Positions 38,349 through 53,415 of a DNA stretch of 64,000 nt are shown here, piece after piece. The DNA comes from Candidatus Latescibacterota bacterium (lineage in GTDB: Bacteria; Latescibacterota; UBA2968; UBA8231): NCBI GenBank assembly GCA_965223905.1, contig CBDCXV010000009.1, positions 160,001-224,000 of the forward strand, in the 5' to 3' direction. How positions within the stretch are numbered: the stretch's first letter is position 1; the number at the start of each line of letters is the position of its first letter. The notes below the pieces were generated by a model. It was not told where the DNA came from. It ran no database searches and saw only the letters and a program-made list of their open reading frames with translations. The position numbers were made by a program, and so were the translations under genes.

Positions 38349-38757
38349 CGGTTCGCATCCTTCCTGTCGATCCTTTTTTTCCGAACTTGTTTAGGCGCTC
38401 CCGGAATACCTCGCGCATCTCCGCCGGGCTCAGCCCCAACTCGACGGCCTCGACCAGGGCCTTGTCGAGCAGTCGCCGCACGATTTCGAACCTCTCCTCC
38501 CGGCTCATGGTCACGGCCTTTTCGGCCACGTAGGTGCCCATGCCCCGCTTCTTGTAGATCAGCCCCCCTCGCTCCAGTTCGAGATACGCCCGCACCACGG
38601 TATTGGGATTGATCAGGTACTGCCCAGACAGGGCGCGCACCGAGGGGAGCTCGTCATGCGCTCGGTGCACCCCGGTGGCGATCTGGTACTTGATCTGCTC
38701 GATGATCTGCAGATAGATGGGAACCCCGCTGGCCGGGTCTATGCGAAGGTGTAGGAT
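38341..38757 (-). CDS. GntR-family regulator, YtrA subfamily, apparent ATC start
   Basis: Frame extends upstream of the track ORF: LHLRIDPASGVPIYLQIIEQIKYQIATG...LPSVRALS...NPNTVVRAY...RGMGTYV; AGGAG RBS 7 nt before ATC. Confidence 0.85.
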   Translation of the reverse strand: MLHLRIDPASGVPIYLQIIEQIKYQIATGVHRAHDELPSVRALSGQYLINPNTVVRAYLELERGGLIYKKRGMGTYVAEKAVTMSREERFEIVRRLLDKALVEAVELGLSPAEMREVFRERLNKFGKKGSTGRMRTDD

Positions 38758-38951
38758 GCTGAGGCTCCTGTGTCAGCCCGTTGATATGGTTGCTCTGCTG
38801 ACGAGGTTGTCAGGTTCGGCTGCAGCCCGGATGGGCTTCTTCAACGGGCGGTCACAATTCAGGCAGGCCATCGCGAGGGGGGGGGGGAACCCCTTGCCGT
38901 CTTCGCTGCTGCGTGCGGCGGATGCTGCCGGTTTACCGGAAGGATGACCAA

Positions 38952-38987
38952 AGTATCACTGTATCATTAAACCGATACAGTGATACT
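38952..38987. promoter_or_regulatory. YtrA/GntR operator palindrome
   Basis: AGTATCACTGTATC-N8-GATACAGTGATACT, perfect 14-bp arms with a TGTAT...ATACA core. Confidence 0.8.
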
Positions 38988-39013
38988 GTACGGATCAACC
39001 TGCGTTCAGGCAA
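38985..39013 (-). promoter_or_regulatory. sigma70-type promoter of the GntR-ABC operon
   Basis: TTGCCT-N17-TACAGT, with the -10 box abutting the operator. Confidence 0.6.
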
Positions 39014-39345
39014 GCACTAATTCCCGACGAAACCAGGTGGCCGCGATTTCAAACGAGCTCGATGTATGAGGAAGTGGTTCAACCCAGTGAGGACAAGAGT
39101 GTTCGGTTCCGTCAATTCCATCCCGTTTCTGATGGTCCTGCTGTTCTGGTTGGGACGAAGCCGGGACAGCGAAAGGTTGATATCCAATACACGGCTCGCC
39201 TCAACCTGGGATGCATGTTGGGGGATACAGGACGCGACCAGGCGCATGGGGCCAGAACGAAAACGCAGCAGTATTTCAGGTTCATGAAACACGTTTGCAA
39301 ATCCGGTAAAAGAAACTCCAGGATATCCATCCTTTCTGTTTGCTT

Positions 39346-40377
39346 TCACTTCTGTTTCGACCCGCAGGATTCCCGTACGACCAGGCGGGACTTGAAGGTC
39401 ACTTGCCGAGCGGTATCCTGGCCCTGCAGTTGTTCCATCATCAGGTCCATTGCGGCCGTGGCGACCTCCTCGTACGGGATTGCCAGTGTAGTCAGGGCCG
39501 GGGTCAAATAAGCCGCCACGTTCAGATCGCCGTTGCCCACGACAGCCACATCCTCAGGTACGCGAATTCCTGACTCCTGCAGCCCTCGGCAAACACCTAT
39601 GGCGGTATAATCGCAGTGACAGACGAGGGCGGTGAACCGGCCGCCGATTACCTTTCCCCGGCGATACCCCCCATCCATACGGACTTCCCCTGAAGACAGG
39701 AACTCAGGTGCCAGACCGGACTTCCCCAATGCCGCGGGGTACCCTTTGGCCTCGTCCGAAACGACAGTGGCCTCATCCCGGTCAGGCTCTCCCGGTCCGA
39801 TATACCCGATGCGGTTGTGACCCAGGTTGACCAGATGTTCCGTGGCCTCGCGAAAAGCGGATTCATTGTCGAGCGCGACGCCGATCAGGTTTGGAGTCGG
39901 GTGGACAAGGGTCACTACCGGGACTCGATCCATTACCGCGTTCAAAATGCGATCAGACCCTTCCGAGCCGCCTTGCGGGTAGATCAGGAGTCCGTCTATG
40001 CCCCGGGAGATCAACTCCTTGATCTGCATGGCCTGGTCGTCATGTGGAGCCCTGGACACCAGGGGAGAGGAAAGACCAAGCAGGACCTGATAACTGTGCT
40101 CCCCGGCCGCCCTCAGCAGTCGGGCGGTCAGATTTCCCAATGTCTCCAGGGAAGCATCGTGGGTCAGCAGCCCCAGCGTACCGGTCTTTCGCGTGACGAT
40201 CGCCCGCGCCATCAAGTTGGGGCTGTAGTCCATCTCCGCGGCCAGTTTTTGCACGCGTTTGCGAGTCTTTTCGTTTACCAATGATGACGCATTCCGGGAC
40301 AGCGCTCGCGATACGGTTGAATGGGAAATACCCAACCGCTTTGCAATGTCCTTGATGGTAACTTGCTTTTTTTTCAT
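39346..40377 (-). CDS. LacI-family transcriptional regulator
   Basis: VTIKDIAKRLGISHSTVSRALS, YSPNLMAR, VPEDVAVVG, PALTT and LVVRESCG motifs. Confidence 0.95.
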   Translation of the reverse strand: MKKKQVTIKDIAKRLGISHSTVSRALSRNASSLVNEKTRKRVQKLAAEMDYSPNLMARAIVTRKTGTLGLLTHDASLETLGNLTARLLRAAGEHSYQVLLGLSSPLVSRAPHDDQAMQIKELISRGIDGLLIYPQGGSEGSDRILNAVMDRVPVVTLVHPTPNLIGVALDNESAFREATEHLVNLGHNRIGYIGPGEPDRDEATVVSDEAKGYPAALGKSGLAPEFLSSGEVRMDGGYRRGKVIGGRFTALVCHCDYTAIGVCRGLQESGIRVPEDVAVVGNGDLNVAAYLTPALTTLAIPYEEVATAAMDLMMEQLQGQDTARQVTFKSRLVVRESCGSKQK

Positions 40378-40726
40378 TGGCGGAATCTATCCCAAGTATA
40401 GGGAAAACAAAATTTGGTCACAGCAAAAGAAATATTTTTGATTGGGATTTTTTCTGGGTTTTCCGGGAAGTGTCCGGCATTCCCTTTTTAGGTTTTCCCA
40501 TACGGTTTCTTGCGGGCAGTCGCGTCGGAGTGTTAGCCTTTCGGAGTTTGTGTGGGCGAAACTACTCAAAGGGGGTACCCGTTTACTTCCGTGGTGGGAA
40601 TAAAGGTTGTGAAAACCGGTCACGTTTCCTTCACTTTTTCGGGCAACACACCTTTGCCGAGGGTCGATGGCGTTTACCGGATCAGCAGCCATCCATCGCA
40701 AATCCGCTCCAAAGGCAGGCCGAGAC

Positions 40727-42020
40727 ATGTCCGAAACAGAAAGGGAACGACAGGAAAACGAGGCGCGTAGAGCCCGGATCTCAAGGCTGAGCGAATCCAG
40801 TCTGCGCACCGCCGTAAGCCTCGACCTCGTTACTGTCCTGAAAGAGGTCGTGGACAACGCACGGCTGCTGACGAAGGCCCGCTACGGCGCCCTTGCCGTC
40901 TTCGACGCCGCGGGGCATTTACAGCGGTTCATCACTTCCGGCATCACCCCGAAGAGCGCCAGAGGATAGCAGGGGAGGGGCCCTTGGGGCTGGGGCTGTT
41001 CGGTTACGTGAACAGGAGAAGGGAACCGCTGCGCCTGGCAAATCTTCACGAGCATCCCGAGTCGGTCGGCTTTCCCGAAAACCACCCGCCGATGAAGACC
41101 TTTCTCGGAATCCCGATCCTGCATCCGGGCGAGAACTTCGGCAACCTCTATCTCACCGAGAAGGACGCCGGACAGGAGTTTACGCAGGAGGACGAAGAGA
41201 TCCTGGTGATGTTCGCGTCCCACGCGGCAGTCGTCATCGCCAACGCACGCAGGTACAGCCACAGGTCTTCCAGGGGGGTGATGTCCTGCATGACGGCGCC
41301 ATCAAGGGCTCAACGGCCATGGCCCTGGGAGGCCCATCTCAACCCGATCCCGCCGAGAGGCGCCAGCTTTTCCAGATCATCGACGGTCAGGCGGACCTTC
41401 TGCGCGGCCTGATCAACGACCTTCTCGACATGACACAGGTCGAGTCCGGATCGCTGTCGTTCACGTCCGAGCCCGTGGACGTGACGGCCCTCGTCGACCA
41501 CGCGAGGACCACGTTCATGCGGGGTGGCGCGGCAAACAGCATCGAGGTCGATCTGCCCCGGGCAAGGGACGCGAATCACCTTCACCATTCCCGTGTGGCA
41601 GACAGGTCAGAGGTCCGTGGGTCCGCCCACCTGTCTGGAGGGGTGAGGGGGAGGGAGGGAGCGCACACTCGGGCATTCGAAGACGACCCGCTACTGCCGC
41701 GGGACGATACGCCCCAACCCTATCGGTTGGGAGACCTGACGATCGACTACGACGAACGCGCCGTGACCGTGGCGGGCCGTCCGGTGCAGATGACCCCGAC
41801 AGAGTACAAGCTGCTCTGCGAGCTTTCCATCAACGCCGGGCGGGTGGTGGAACACCGTCAACTGCTGGACCGGGTCTGGGGTTCGGAGTACTCCGGCGAT
41901 ACGCGAATTGTACGGGTTTTTGTGAAAGAAATTCGGAGAAAGCTGGGCGACGATGCCCGCAACCCGACGTACATCTTCACCCTGTCTCGCGTCGGCTACC
42001 GCATGGCAAGACCAACGTAG
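40727..42020 (+). pseudogene. Decayed hybrid sensor/regulator: GAF + partial HisKA + OmpR-type winged helix
   Basis: GAF split by a frameshift near 40950 (FITSGITP / EERQRI...GFPENHPPMKTFLG); HisKA fragment AIKGST...INDLLD lacking the H-box; C-terminal MTPTEYKLL...IRRKLGDDARNPTYIFT; no ATPase or receiver domain left. Confidence 0.8.
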
Positions 42021-42211
42021 CACACGCGTTCCGGCTCGGAATTACGCAAAGGCATCCGAGAGAGTTGGGTCCGACCCGACCCCCGAAAGCCGTCAGATCG
42101 CCTGGAGGCTGCTGGACCGGTTGACCTGTACTCGGGAAACAGGGCAGCCAGGCAGGGTTGCCGAGTCCGGGAATACCGGCTCCCGGCCGGCGACAGCTGT
42201 GCGGCGCCACC

Positions 42212-42255
42212 AAAAAAAAACAGCGGGCCGGATTCGGGATCCGGCCCGCTGTTTT
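42212..42255 (-). terminator. Intrinsic terminator, probably bidirectional
   Basis: A9-CAGCGGGCCGGAT...ATCCGGCCCGCTG-TTTT, downstream of the TonB receptor. Confidence 0.85.
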
Positions 42256-42295
42256 CAACGAACTCTATACGTAAGAAAAAGTGTCGTGGGCAGCC

Positions 42296-44905
<2,610 letters not shown>

Positions 44906-45076
44906 CAGAAAATCCTCCCGTTTTGGTGGGGTGCGATGGGTTCCTTGTTTTCCAAAAGAAGCAACTTCATGCAAGGCCCGCTTCACCCGGGGTCCCAGGT
45001 TTCGCGGGGCCTGCCCGTCGCTGCATTTGCCTTTCGTTGCCGCACGTATCGGTTCGGTTTCATGCCGAGCCCCGTG

Positions 45077-47842
<2,766 letters not shown>

Positions 47843-48219
47843 ACTGTCCGGATTGTCGATGTGGAATAAAATCGGCAGGCAGGTCGGCTTGTCAGATCAC
47901 GGCTCCGAACCTTTTACAGCGAGGGTCGATGGGGGCACCTTCCGCGCCGGGTGGAGCCCCCTGGCGCATTTCCGGACCAAGGCGTTGGGGAAATGCGAGG
48001 GGCTGCTTCTGCCAATATAGAGAAGGTCCGTACGAGAGAGGAATTATTTTCGTTCCGGCCTGGCACAGCGCGCCGCTGCCGCGGCCAGCTCGCCGGGGGA
48101 GCACGGCTTTTTCCGCCTTTTGGATGAATCGGCAGGTACCGGGGGGCGCCCGATGCCTGGAGGCGTGGAGCCTGCGGCATCGGGCGCTTCTTCGGGTTTC
48201 CCCGGAATCCACGGGGGTC

Positions 48220-50511
48220 TCAGCGCAGCAGCATCATGCGCCGGTGCACGGCCCAGCCCCCTGTCTGGAGGCTGTACACATACACCCCGCTTGCCACCGC
48301 TCGTCCATACTGGTCGCGACCGTCCCATGAGATACGGTGTTCGCCGGCCCCGGGAGCGTCGGCGTGCAGCACGCGCACGAGCTGGCCGGAGAGGTTGTAG
48401 ATATGCAGGCGGATCTCCTCGCCCGCCAGTGAGGCCGGCACCTGGAAGGGAATCACGGTGGAGGCGTTGAACGGGTTGGGCGCGTTCTGCTGCAGGACCG
48501 GCCGGCCGGGTTGCTCCGGACGGACGTCCCAGGCCCGCTCTTCCAGCACCACCAGCATGGCCTCGCCCAACAAGGCGAAGTCCGCCAGCTCGGTCGGTTG
48601 GCTCGGCAGGCCTTCGTACAGCTCCTTCGGCATTCCCGGCCGGTAGGCGACGTCGACCCACACCTCGTCCTCGAGGACGAAGTCGTGGCCGAGCCAGTAG
48701 GCCTTCGGGCGGGTATCGTTGACCGCAGTGGCAAACACACCATCCTGCTCCCCGTCATCCCGCGGTTGGGGATTGACCTCCACGCCCTCGTCCGGGGCGA
48801 ACAGGGAGGTGCGCCGCGTCACCAGCCGGTAGTCCAGGCCGAGTGCCAGGATGTCGTCGAGCAGCTCCTGCTGCGACCCGAAACGGGCGATCTGCTCCTC
48901 GAGAGCCTGCACCTTCTGGTGGGCCCAGAGCCGCGGAATCAGATCCCCCGAGTCATCGGCCCGGGTGAACTCCAGCGGGAAGTCCAGGGATACGGTCTCC
49001 TCCCCCACCTGGCCGGTCACGCTCATGGTGAATTCCCCGCCCTCGCGGTAGCGGCCGACCTGGAACAGCTCCCGGCCGGCAGCCAGGGCCTCCACTCCGC
49101 GCGGGTGCACGTCGTGGATCTCCACGTTACCGAAGGACAGCTCCTCGAGCAGCAAAACAGGGAATGTGAAGGACTCGAAAAGGTCGCGAAGGGCCGTCCC
49201 GATATCTCCCTCATCCGAGAGGAAGTACGCCTCTCCCCGGTGATCCTCGGCGAGGCCGGCGAGAAAACCCTGGTCGACGTCGCCCCCGACGCCGATGGTG
49301 AACAGGCGGGCCCGGCCGTCCGACCACTGGCCCACCAGGTCGCTCAGGGGCTCCAGATCGATCTCCCCGAGGTTCGGCAGGCCGTCGGTCAGAAAGATGA
49401 CGTGGTTGATCCGCCCCGACGGAAACGCCTGCTGCATGGCGCGGCCCAGTCCAGCCTCGAAATTGCTTACCCCCAGAGCATCCTGGCGGTTGATGAAGGC
49501 TGTGGCCGCATTCTTGTTGGCCTCATCGGCCGGCACCGGGGCGGCGGCATAGGAGTCGGCCCGGTGGCTGAAGACGACGATGTTGAACAGGTCCGCTTCT
49601 TCCAGCCCCGCGATCGCCGCAGCAAGGGCACCTTTCACCGCCTCGAGCTTGCCCCGCTGCATGCTCGAGGAGATGTCGATGACGAAGGTCAAGCTGCGCG
49701 GCAGAGGATCGCCTGCCGTCAACTCGGGCAGGGGGGGCAGCCACAGGGCGTAGTACCCCATGGCCTCGTCCCCTTCCGGCGCGAAGCTGAGCACCGTCGG
49801 CTTGAGCAGGTCCCCGGTCTGACGGATGGTCAGGGTGAAGTCCTCCCGGGGGGCAATCTGCTCGTCGCCGAAGAAGACGTTGGCGCGGTAGTCGTCCGGA
49901 CGGTCGACCTCGGTGAGCCGGGGAAGCCCCGAGGTCGTCACCTCGATGGGGTGCTGGCTGTTCACCCGTGCCCGCAGCACGAACAGCTCCATCTGCAGGG
50001 CCTGGTCGGTCTCGGGCGCGAGCGGGAAGGTGTAGTCGAGACGGCCGTTGCGGGCTTCGAGAAGCTGCATGTACTCGAACTCGACCCGGCGGCTGCCGCT
50101 GGCAGGAAAGGGGAAGATGCTCAGGCGAAACTGGTTCGGGGTAATCTGCTCGATCAGGGCCGGGTCGACGCGGCGGCGCACGATGTCGTCGTAGATCTGG
50201 CGCGCCTCCTCCTTTTCCAGGATGAGACCCTGGATGCGCTTGTCTCCGATCCACAGCACCAGGTCGGTGATGATGGCCCCGTCGGGCAAGGTGAACTCGT
50301 AGATCCCCTCGACCTCCCAATCGGCGTGGTTGGTGAAGATCTGGTCGGTGCGGGTGCGGGCGATGCGCTCGTCGATCTGCACGTCGACGGTGGCCGAGGT
50401 CAGCTCGAGGTGCTGGCGGCCATCGTCCCCGACGCCGGTGTACACGTAGCCGATGCCGAGGGCGGGAAGAGGGGCCAGCAGGGCCAGGAGGAGCATGAGT
50501 CGCGTTTTCAT
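48220..50511 (-). CDS. Exported VIT + vWA protein with C-terminal FlgD-Ig / T9SS-type sorting domain
   Basis: Signal peptide; VIT (QIFTN...EGIYEFTLP...ARQIYDDI...DPAL); MIDAS DISSSM and FLTDG; tail LQQNAPNPFN...WDGRDQYG...VASGVY. Confidence 0.9.
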   Translation of the reverse strand: MKTRLMLLLALLAPLPALGIGYVYTGVGDDGRQHLELTSATVDVQIDERIARTRTDQIFTNHADWEVEGIYEFTLPDGAIITDLVLWIGDKRIQGLILEKEEARQIYDDIVRRRVDPALIEQITPNQFRLSIFPFPASGSRRVEFEYMQLLEARNGRLDYTFPLAPETDQALQMELFVLRARVNSQHPIEVTTSGLPRLTEVDRPDDYRANVFFGDEQIAPREDFTLTIRQTGDLLKPTVLSFAPEGDEAMGYYALWLPPLPELTAGDPLPRSLTFVIDISSSMQRGKLEAVKGALAAAIAGLEEADLFNIVVFSHRADSYAAAPVPADEANKNAATAFINRQDALGVSNFEAGLGRAMQQAFPSGRINHVIFLTDGLPNLGEIDLEPLSDLVGQWSDGRARLFTIGVGGDVDQGFLAGLAEDHRGEAYFLSDEGDIGTALRDLFESFTFPVLLLEELSFGNVEIHDVHPRGVEALAAGRELFQVGRYREGGEFTMSVTGQVGEETVSLDFPLEFTRADDSGDLIPRLWAHQKVQALEEQIARFGSQQELLDDILALGLDYRLVTRRTSLFAPDEGVEVNPQPRDDGEQDGVFATAVNDTRPKAYWLGHDFVLEDEVWVDVAYRPGMPKELYEGLPSQPTELADFALLGEAMLVVLEERAWDVRPEQPGRPVLQQNAPNPFNASTVIPFQVPASLAGEEIRLHIYNLSGQLVRVLHADAPGAGEHRISWDGRDQYGRAVASGVYVYSLQTGGWAVHRRMMLLR

Positions 50512-50552
50512 GGCGGGGGTCCTTTCGCAGGTGACGGACGGATGCGGGCGGT

Positions 50553-52310
50553 TTAGTAGCCGACGCTGACGCCCCTCGCCTTAAGGGCGGGGATCTGTTC
50601 GTTGAGTGCATTGTCGCTGAGGGGGTTTCTTCCCAATTGTACCTTGTCGCCGTCACCCAAGCCGGTATTGGCGACGAGGGAACCGATATCCGAAATCTCG
50701 TTATCCCACAGATTCAATTCGTGCAACCTGGTCAGACCGACAAGTGGGCTTACATCCGCGATCTTATTGCCCGAGAGGAACAGCCGGGACAATTGGGTCA
50801 AGGCGGCCAGCGGTCTCGCATCAGTGATCGTGTTGTCGCTCAATCCCAGCCAATTCAGGTTGGTCAGGGCCGCCAGCGGTCTCGCATCAGTGATCTCGTT
50901 GCGCGACAGGTCCAGCCGTTTCAAGCGGGTCAAACCTGCCAGCGGACTCGCATCGGAGATTTGATTCTTCCTTAACTCTAGGTATCCCATCTTGGTCAGA
51001 ACGGCCAGTGGTCTGACATCCGCAACCTCGTTATAACTCAATACCTTTGACTCCAGGTTGGTCAAGGCGGCCAACGGACTCACATCGGAAATGCTATTGG
51101 CCTGCAGGCGCAGGTTTTGCAGATCTGCCAGAGGAGTCAGGGCAACCAGAACATCGATCTGATTGTCATCCAGATACACCCACTCCAGATTCGTCAGAGA
51201 GCCCAGTGAGCGCACATCCGCGATCTGATTTTCCCTCAAGTCCAGAGCCGTCAGGTTGATCAGGGCGGCCAGCGGACTCACATCGGAGATTGAATTGTTC
51301 CTCAACTCCAGGCTTGTCAGCTTGGTCAGTACCGCTAGAGGGCTCACGTCCGAAACCTGGTTGTTGTTCAGGAGCAGTTTTCGCAGGTTCGTCAGAGCGG
51401 CCAAGGGGCTTACGTCTTCGATATGGTTGGAATGCAACTGCAACCACTCCAAGGCGGCAAAGTGCTCAAGACCTTCCAAGCTATGGATGTTGTCGCCAGC
51501 CGCTTGGAACTGAGTCATGGAAGCGACTGCCTGCCGGGTAATGCGGCCCTGCGGACGTCGCAAGGCCTGCCGTACCGCTGTCTCCAGCGCCTTGGATGCG
51601 AACAGTGTCGTCTGAAAAATCACCTCATCCCGTAGAAGCATGCTGCTGCTCTCATTTACCAGCACAGTAAAGAACGGGGGGTCTGCAGCCGACGAAGTCA
51701 CAGGCTGATGCGTCTTCTGCAGGTGCGTCACCAGCGTCTCTATTGCCTCCACGCGGTCCAGATCGACAACAGTGGCGCGGTCATCAAGTTTGACAATGAC
51801 CCGCCCGGTCTGATCTTGCCACCGTTCCCGCAGAAAGGCATCTACTGCTTCCCAGCCGATCAGCCGGCTTGACTCCTCCAGCAACGCTTCGACTCTCAGA
51901 TCGATCCGCCAGTCGATGGAAACCAGGCCCTCCGGCAGGTCGGCGGGTTCGCTGGATTCCAACGCGAGGGGCAGGGAGTCGCCTCCGGGGCGGATCCACA
52001 GCAGGGTTTCCTGCCGCTGACCGGACGGATCGACGCAGCGAACGGCCGCCAGGCTGTCGGGCCGGCCCTGGTACTCGACTTGGATGTCGGCCAGCGCCTG
52101 TCCCGCTTCACCCACCAAGTCCACCCACAGGCCGCGGGGAAACTCTGGAGACTCGATCATCACTCGGCCGGCGGCATCGCTCACCGCCTGCGCCCGGCCC
52201 GTGCTGTCGGTTCCGGCGGCATAAGGGAACTCGCTCTGAGCCGTTGCTGCGGGAATCCCGAGCGCTGCGAGCGCCGGAAGAACTGCGGATCGAAGGATTG
52301 GCAGGTGCAT
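50553..52310 (-). CDS. Exported internalin-like leucine-rich repeat protein
   Basis: Signal peptide; uncharacterised N-terminal region; about 12 LRRs of 22 aa; cap NTGLGDGDKVQLGRNPLS...IPALKARGVSV. Confidence 0.92.
   Translation of the reverse strand: MHLPILRSAVLPALAALGIPAATAQSEFPYAAGTDSTGRAQAVSDAAGRVMIESPEFPRGLWVDLVGEAGQALADIQVEYQGRPDSLAAVRCVDPSGQRQETLLWIRPGGDSLPLALESSEPADLPEGLVSIDWRIDLRVEALLEESSRLIGWEAVDAFLRERWQDQTGRVIVKLDDRATVVDLDRVEAIETLVTHLQKTHQPVTSSAADPPFFTVLVNESSSMLLRDEVIFQTTLFASKALETAVRQALRRPQGRITRQAVASMTQFQAAGDNIHSLEGLEHFAALEWLQLHSNHIEDVSPLAALTNLRKLLLNNNQVSDVSPLAVLTKLTSLELRNNSISDVSPLAALINLTALDLRENQIADVRSLGSLTNLEWVYLDDNQIDVLVALTPLADLQNLRLQANSISDVSPLAALTNLESKVLSYNEVADVRPLAVLTKMGYLELRKNQISDASPLAGLTRLKRLDLSRNEITDARPLAALTNLNWLGLSDNTITDARPLAALTQLSRLFLSGNKIADVSPLVGLTRLHELNLWDNEISDIGSLVANTGLGDGDKVQLGRNPLSDNALNEQIPALKARGVSVGY
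50690..51483 (-). repeat. 66-bp period LRR-coding tandem repeat
   Basis: DVSPLAALTNLxxLxLxxNxIS units repeated about 12 times; boundaries approximate. Confidence 0.85.
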
Positions 52311-52651
52311 CAGAAGGTCACCACCGATAAATTCCGGTTTGGAAATAAGGTTCGATCCGTTGAGGGCCTGTTCGCTGATGGGGTGTCGGGAAATTCGGGG
52401 AGTGTATGGGGGGTTAATTGCCGACGCGCGATGGGTATTCCGGTATTCCTACCGCCATTCTGTGAGTATTGTGCCAGAAAATACTGTTTCGGAAGTCCCT
52501 TACCAAAGGCTTCAAATCAAACCGGCAACATTCTCCCGTAATGTGGCAGTATTCCGGCAACGAATTTTAAACGGGCGCCTGATCGGTGGCTCTTTGGGAA
52601 ATCGTTTCCAAGACCTCCGGACCCCGGTCCAAAAGCCACAGGGGAAGCCGG

Positions 52652-53347
52652 CTATTCCCCGATAACCCTGGGGTTATGCTGGTTTCCGCACAGCAGCTGC
52701 GTCTCCAGTTCCGAGGGATTTTCGATTCTCGCGAGCTGGCTCCGCATGTCCTCCTGCGGAATGAACCAGGGCATCAGGTACATCCCCAGCAGGCAGGACC
52801 TGGCCCTGGCGGTGCGGTTGGGCCGCGACGTGTGCCACCAGGCCCCGTGTGCCACCACCGCGGTGCCGCGGGTTCCTATCAGCATTTCCCCGTCCTCCCG
52901 CCAGCGGTCGGTCGGCGGTTCGGGCGGATGCCCCTTTCGATGCGAGCCGGGCACGACACCGGTGGCCCCGTTCTCCTCGGTGAAGTCGTCGAGGAGCCAC
53001 ACCGTCTGCGCCGCGAAGTTCCCCGCTGGCCAGGGCGGTTGCAGCGACCAGTACGGATAGTCCGCGTGCCACCCGATTCCCTCGTGGCCGGGGTAGATGG
53101 TGTTCGCCGTCCAGGAGGAGCAGATGATGTCGTCGCCGAGGTACCGTTTCCAGATCGACACGATCAGCGGGTGGCACATCAGGTCGAGGAAAACCGAGTG
53201 CTTGTAGGCGATGCCGCCGACGCGCTGGTGCATGCCGGCGCGCGCCGCGTCGTCGATCTCCGCCTCGAGAAACCCCTCGAGAACGGTGCGCGCCGCGTCC
53301 GCTTCTTCAGGGGAGATTGCGTTCGGAAGGATGCCGTGTACCACCAT
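52652..53347 (-). CDS. Phytanoyl-CoA dioxygenase (PhyH) family Fe(II)/2OG enzyme
   Basis: WHADYPYW (HxD), DFTEENGATGVVPGSH and WHTSRPN motifs; N-terminus short. Confidence 0.88.
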   Translation of the reverse strand: MVVHGILPNAISPEEADAARTVLEGFLEAEIDDAARAGMHQRVGGIAYKHSVFLDLMCHPLIVSIWKRYLGDDIICSSWTANTIYPGHEGIGWHADYPYWSLQPPWPAGNFAAQTVWLLDDFTEENGATGVVPGSHRKGHPPEPPTDRWREDGEMLIGTRGTAVVAHGAWWHTSRPNRTARARSCLLGMYLMPWFIPQEDMRSQLARIENPSELETQLLCGNQHNPRVIGE

Positions 53348-53415
53348 GAACCCGGTCTCGCGCGCGGCCCCGGGTGATCCTATTCTTGCGGTGACTCAAA
53401 GGCAGGAGCAGATCG

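Noticed and set aside
39017-39349. 110-aa ORF downstream of lacI
   Set aside because: Overlaps the lacI stop but has atypical codon usage and no recognisable motif; cannot be called a gene.
40608-40623. TGTGAAAACCGGTCAC as a LacI operator
   Set aside because: Asymmetric and single; plausible but not supportable without a family motif.
44960-45045. GGCAAA-containing leader as a c-di-GMP-I riboswitch
   Set aside because: Lacks the downstream GACGCAAAGC element and expected stem layout.
50690-51483. Regularly spaced repeats as a CRISPR array
   Set aside because: 66-bp in-frame degenerate units coding LRRs; no identical repeats with unique spacers and no cas genes.
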